A stretch of 60,008 bases of DNA from IMG/VR virus record IMGVR_UViG_3300021090_000002, positions 1 through 60,008 of that record. One strand, 5' to 3'. The translations under genes and the position numbers were made by a program. The DNA is from a virus (lineage: Duplodnaviria; Caudoviricetes). Numbering within the stretch: the first letter of the stretch is position 1; every line of letters begins with the position of its first letter. Shown piece after piece: positions 56,980-60,008 of the stretch. Under the pieces are notes generated by a model. The model was not told the origin of the DNA, did no database searches, and was given only the letters and a program-made list of their open reading frames with translations.

Positions 56980-57467
56980 GTCTTGACGTGCGTTTGTCGA
57001 ATACGATCGTTCGCCAAGCCTTCAAGATGCTTTTGAGTGTCGGAAAGGCCGAGTCCCTGAATCACCTGTTCGCCGTCGAAGTACCCTTCATGGGTGACCT
57101 TACCGCTAGGCTTCGTCCATAAAATTTCAAGATTGTGCGGGCCGCGCTTGAGCGTCCACCGGGCTTTGCGATGCCCGCCGTTCTTGACCTGTGCTTTGTG
57201 GATTTTCCAGATCGGCCGCTTCAGTTTCTTTAACGGTTCGGTGTTCGCGGTTGTGATCTGCATCGGCGACGGCGCTTCGCTCTTCGCCTGAACATAGACC
57301 GGGAACGCCGCCCTGAAATCAGGCGTTGCCCAAAAATCGGCCCATTCCTCTACAAAGGCTCTAGCATCGTTTGGATTCTTATGGTTCGCCAGCGATACCG
57401 CGAAGTCATAGAACGCGCGTACGGCCTCAGAAACGTCACGGCTGCCCTTCCGTGTAGCTTTGCCCAT
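56976..57467 (-). CDS. Hypothetical protein
   Basis: SD GGAAGG; convergent with + operon. Confidence 0.6.
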   Translation of the reverse strand: MGKATRKGSRDVSEAVRAFYDFAVSLANHKNPNDARAFVEEWADFWATPDFRAAFPVYVQAKSEAPSPMQITTANTEPLKKLKRPIWKIHKAQVKNGGHRKARWTLKRGPHNLEILWTKPSGKVTHEGYFDGEQVIQGLGLSDTQKHLEGLANDRIRQTHVKT

Positions 57468-57601
57468 AACCTTCCCTGTCTGTTTTCAAATGCGGGCACA
57501 TTTGCCGCGCCGCAGTATTCATAGCCGGACATTGAACTTTCGGCAATCGGTTCGGTTCCCTAGAATTTGAATATTGTTAATCGGTTTTCAGAAAACAAGG
57601 C

Positions 57602-57628
57602 AAAAAAGTGCCGGGCACAAGGCCCGGC
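57602..57628 (-). terminator. Rho-independent terminator
   Basis: GCCGGGC-N5-GCCCGGC then ACTTTTTT on minus strand. Confidence 0.75.
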
Positions 57629-57644
57629 CAGTTGGGGAGTACCG

Positions 57645-58718
57645 CTAATGGGCGATTTCGAGCACTTTCGATGACGCCATTTCGAGCGCAACGCGATCGT
57701 CGGCATTGGGCTTGTCGCGGGCGATTTCGGTCAGTGCGCCGGACATGCCCCAAGCTGACCGGGGATTGCCGTACCAGTTGACTCGCTGTTCCGCCAGATC
57801 GTACGCTTCGTTCAGCGTACGATAGGCGAGGCCCGGCACGCGAAGACCGAACAGACGATAAGAACGGCCGTCCTTGTCCGGGCCAAGGATGCATTTCATC
57901 GCCGCGCTGATCTTCAGTTCGTCGTCCGCCGCCGATGACTCCGCGTACGCGACCAGTTCGGCATGCAGGCCGCTGAACGCCTTTGCGTTCACATCCTTGC
58001 CGACGTGCCGAATACGGATTTCCTTGACCTGCGAAGCGCCCCAGACGCGATGATTGCCACAGACGTATTCGTACAGGAACGTCATCACCATGAACGATCG
58101 CGCGCCGACTTCCGAATTGGCGACGAAGAAACCGCGCGAGAGTCCGCCGCCCGGCGCGTGCTCGAAGATGCGGCGTCCGCTATCGACCATGAAAGCGAAC
58201 ATGTCGCGGTCGCCAAGATAGAGGCCGCGTGAGCCATCGAACGCCGCCGGGGCCGGTTGCCAAGGTCCGTCCGCTTCGAGTTCAAGCAGGCGGCTTGTGA
58301 TTTCGGCGTTCCAGATGCGCGAATACGAGTCGGACACCATCGCGCGGGCGACCGGCTTTGCATGATCGCCCGTGAAGAGGAATTGACGCTTTCCGATATC
58401 GTGCTTGGCAAGCCCTTCGTTGATGCAGTCGGCGGCGAGTGGCGGCGAAAGCCCTTGCAGATAGGACGCCGGGGCGGCGGGCTTCAGAGTCGAACAGAGT
58501 TGGCCAAACGACCAGTTCGTGAACGTGGCGATTTCGCCGCTCTTGGTGAACATTTTCACGTCGCCGTCTTCGGCGAGCGCGCAAGAGATTTCGGTTTCGG
58601 TTTCGACTCCGAAAGCTCGATCGTCAACCGCCTTGCGGTGCAGATCGCGAAGCGATGAAAACTTTTCATCGTCGCGGCGCGAAGCCCATTCGTTGTGTGC
58701 ATGTGTAAGTGTCGTCAT
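57645..58718 (-). CDS. DUF932-like protein
   Basis: W..R.DDE.F.SL, T.WSFGQLC, NSEVG.RS, VCGN, IRH. Confidence 0.7.
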   Translation of the reverse strand: MTTLTHAHNEWASRRDDEKFSSLRDLHRKAVDDRAFGVETETEISCALAEDGDVKMFTKSGEIATFTNWSFGQLCSTLKPAAPASYLQGLSPPLAADCINEGLAKHDIGKRQFLFTGDHAKPVARAMVSDSYSRIWNAEITSRLLELEADGPWQPAPAAFDGSRGLYLGDRDMFAFMVDSGRRIFEHAPGGGLSRGFFVANSEVGARSFMVMTFLYEYVCGNHRVWGASQVKEIRIRHVGKDVNAKAFSGLHAELVAYAESSAADDELKISAAMKCILGPDKDGRSYRLFGLRVPGLAYRTLNEAYDLAEQRVNWYGNPRSAWGMSGALTEIARDKPNADDRVALEMASSKVLEIAH

Positions 58719-58758
58719 ATGAAACTGTCCTTGATTGCGGATTTAACTAACACTCGGG

Positions 58759-58787
58759 ACACTAGAACCGCGTTTTTGAAAACACAA
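58759..58787 (-). promoter_or_regulatory. Sigma70 promoter with operator-like palindrome
   Basis: TTGTGT-N17-TAGTGT; GTTTTTGAAAAC at 58772-58783. Confidence 0.6.
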
Positions 58788-58846
58788 GTTGCGGTTTCCA
58801 ATTCGCCGCCACATATTTAAGAAAGTGTTGCGACATAGTTAAAATC

Positions 58847-58886
58847 AGAAACGTTAGTTGGAATCCGCCCGATTCAAAGGTATTTC
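58847..58886 (+). promoter_or_regulatory. Motif promoter for replication operon
   Basis: AGAAACGTTAGTTGG; TTGGAA-N17-TATTTC. Confidence 0.55.
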
Positions 58887-58931
58887 CGCAGACGTTGGAA
58901 CGTTCCCTATTGCCTCTATTTGGAGATTCAT

Positions 58932-59366
58932 ATGTCGAAATTCGAAATCGAAGCCGGACTCCCGGCCGATCAAGTCAAGCTGTTGAAGGGCCTCGCGACG
59001 AAGATCGATGCCCTTCTCGCCGCACTCGGCAAGAAACCCGGCAAGCCTGCCACCGAAGACGCTGCGGACGACGATCTTGCCGACGACTTGGGCGACGGCG
59101 AGGAAGAGGCCGAAGACGGCGACGGCGACGGCGAGGAAGAGGCCGAAGACGGCGACGGCGAGGAAGAGGCCGACGAAGAGGAAGCCAAGGCAACTCGCGC
59201 CGACGTGCAAGCCGCGCTTCGCGCTTACGCCGCCAAGACCAACAAGGCGACCGCCCTCGCCCTCATGAAGAAAATCGGCGGCACCGACGCCCTGACGAAG
59301 CTCAAGGAAGTCAAGTTCCAAGCCGTGATCGATGCGGCGAACAAGGCCGCGAAGGCGAAAAAGTAA
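58932..59366 (+). CDS. Acidic-linker protein typical upstream of DUF2800 genes
   Basis: SD GGAG; DGEEEAED repeats; helical C-terminus. Confidence 0.75.
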   Translation: MSKFEIEAGLPADQVKLLKGLATKIDALLAALGKKPGKPATEDAADDDLADDLGDGEEEAEDGDGDGEEEAEDGDGEEEADEEEAKATRADVQAALRAYAAKTNKATALALMKKIGGTDALTKLKEVKFQAVIDAANKAAKAKK

Positions 59367-59386
59367 CCGGCGTGATCCGGTGACAA

Positions 59387-59439
59387 GCGGCGGGATGCGG
59401 TGAACAGACAGTTCGCCAGTAAATAAAACATCCCGCCGC
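59387..59439 (+). other. Nested intergenic RNA stem-loop
   Basis: GCGGCGGGATG/CATCCCGCCGC enclosing GGTGAAC-AGACA-GTTCGCC. Confidence 0.65.
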
Positions 59440-59464
59440 CCATTCCCTCAGAGTCATTTGAACC

Positions 59465-60008
59465 ATGTCATTTCACACGGCCCGCTCCCCGTCTCAGACC
59501 AAGCGCTTTCTTTCATGCGCGGGCGCGCTCGCGTTGTGCGAGGCCCTTCCCGACCATCAAAAGAATATCAGCGGCTACGCCGCACAACTCGGAACGGCGA
59601 CGCACGGCCTTGTTGAGCGCTGTTTGTCCGAAGGGTCCGAACCGTCCGCGTATGAAGACCGGATCATTGAGCTTGTCGGCGAAGAGCAAAACGTTTCAAT
59701 CCTGAAGCCGAACGCCAAGACGCCCGGTCCCGGCCGAACCTTTTTCATCATTGACGCCGATGTTATCGACGCCGCAACGGCCATGACCGATTATGTGCGG
59801 TCGCGCTGCAAAGAGCTTGGCGTTGCAGAGTCCGAACTGCAACTTGAAACCCGGACGAATCCCCTTCCCGAACGCGACGATACGTCCGGCACGGCCGACG
59901 TAACTATTGACGCCTTCGACGTGTTGGAAGTCCCCGACTATAAGAATGGGTACAACGTTGTTGAAGCCGATAGCGAACAGCTTCGGTCGTACCTATTAGG
60001 CAAGGCGA
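59465..60008 (+). CDS. DUF2800 Cas4-like PD-(D/E)XK exonuclease, 5' part (wraps to 794; 438 aa in total)
   Basis: MSFHTARSPSQTKRFLSC start, GTATH, SGTAD and DYKNG motifs; in frame with 51..794 after removing the 21-nt overlap. Confidence 0.85.
   Translation, partial: MSFHTARSPSQTKRFLSCAGALALCEALPDHQKNISGYAAQLGTATHGLVERCLSEGSEPSAYEDRIIELVGEEQNVSILKPNAKTPGPGRTFFIIDADVIDAATAMTDYVRSRCKELGVAESELQLETRTNPLPERDDTSGTADVTIDAFDVLEVPDYKNGYNVVEADSEQLRSYLLGKA

Noticed and set aside
59090-59175. GACGGCGAGGAAGAGGCCGA repeats as an array
   Set aside because: Coding repeats of an acidic linker, with no spacers.
59988-60008. Terminal direct repeat as a biological genome end
   Set aside because: 21 nt is a typical assembler overlap and it falls inside a gene; the lambda-type terminase implies cos ends elsewhere.
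59465-60008. Cas4-like gene as part of a CRISPR system
   Set aside because: No array or other cas genes; DUF2800 is a routine phage replication gene.

Overview
The window is a complete, circularly assembled genome (59,987 bp; bases 1-21 repeat at 59988-60008) of a temperate siphovirus. Its gene set is Chi-like: family A DNA polymerase, DUF2800 nuclease, DUF2815 SSB, SNF2 helicase, primase-helicase, and lambda-type terminase/portal/Clp protease/gpD/gpE head genes. The host is most likely an alphaproteobacterium, judged from an attP containing the 3' half of tRNA-Gly(TCC) and from CtrA-type boxes. Early/replication genes run on + (45.3 kb through the origin to 16 kb); morphogenesis and lysis genes run on - (44.7 to 16 kb). 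Main highlights: (1) a four-gene modification cassette (two glycosyltransferase-like genes, a ParB/Srx-fold gene and an FkbM methyltransferase) directly behind the major capsid gene, together with Ser-[Asp/Glu] patches in about nine virion proteins, suggesting a virion surface modification system with built-in acceptor tags; (2) an 11-13 copy promoter motif YGAAWCGTTAGTTGA, several copies of which overlap one arm of an RBS-masking hairpin; (3) a candidate structured ncRNA beside attP; (4) a fatty-acid hydroxylase, a T5 A1-like nuclease, a nucleotide-hydrolase cluster and a 14x15-aa repeat protein. All calls come from reading motifs by eye; no searches were run.
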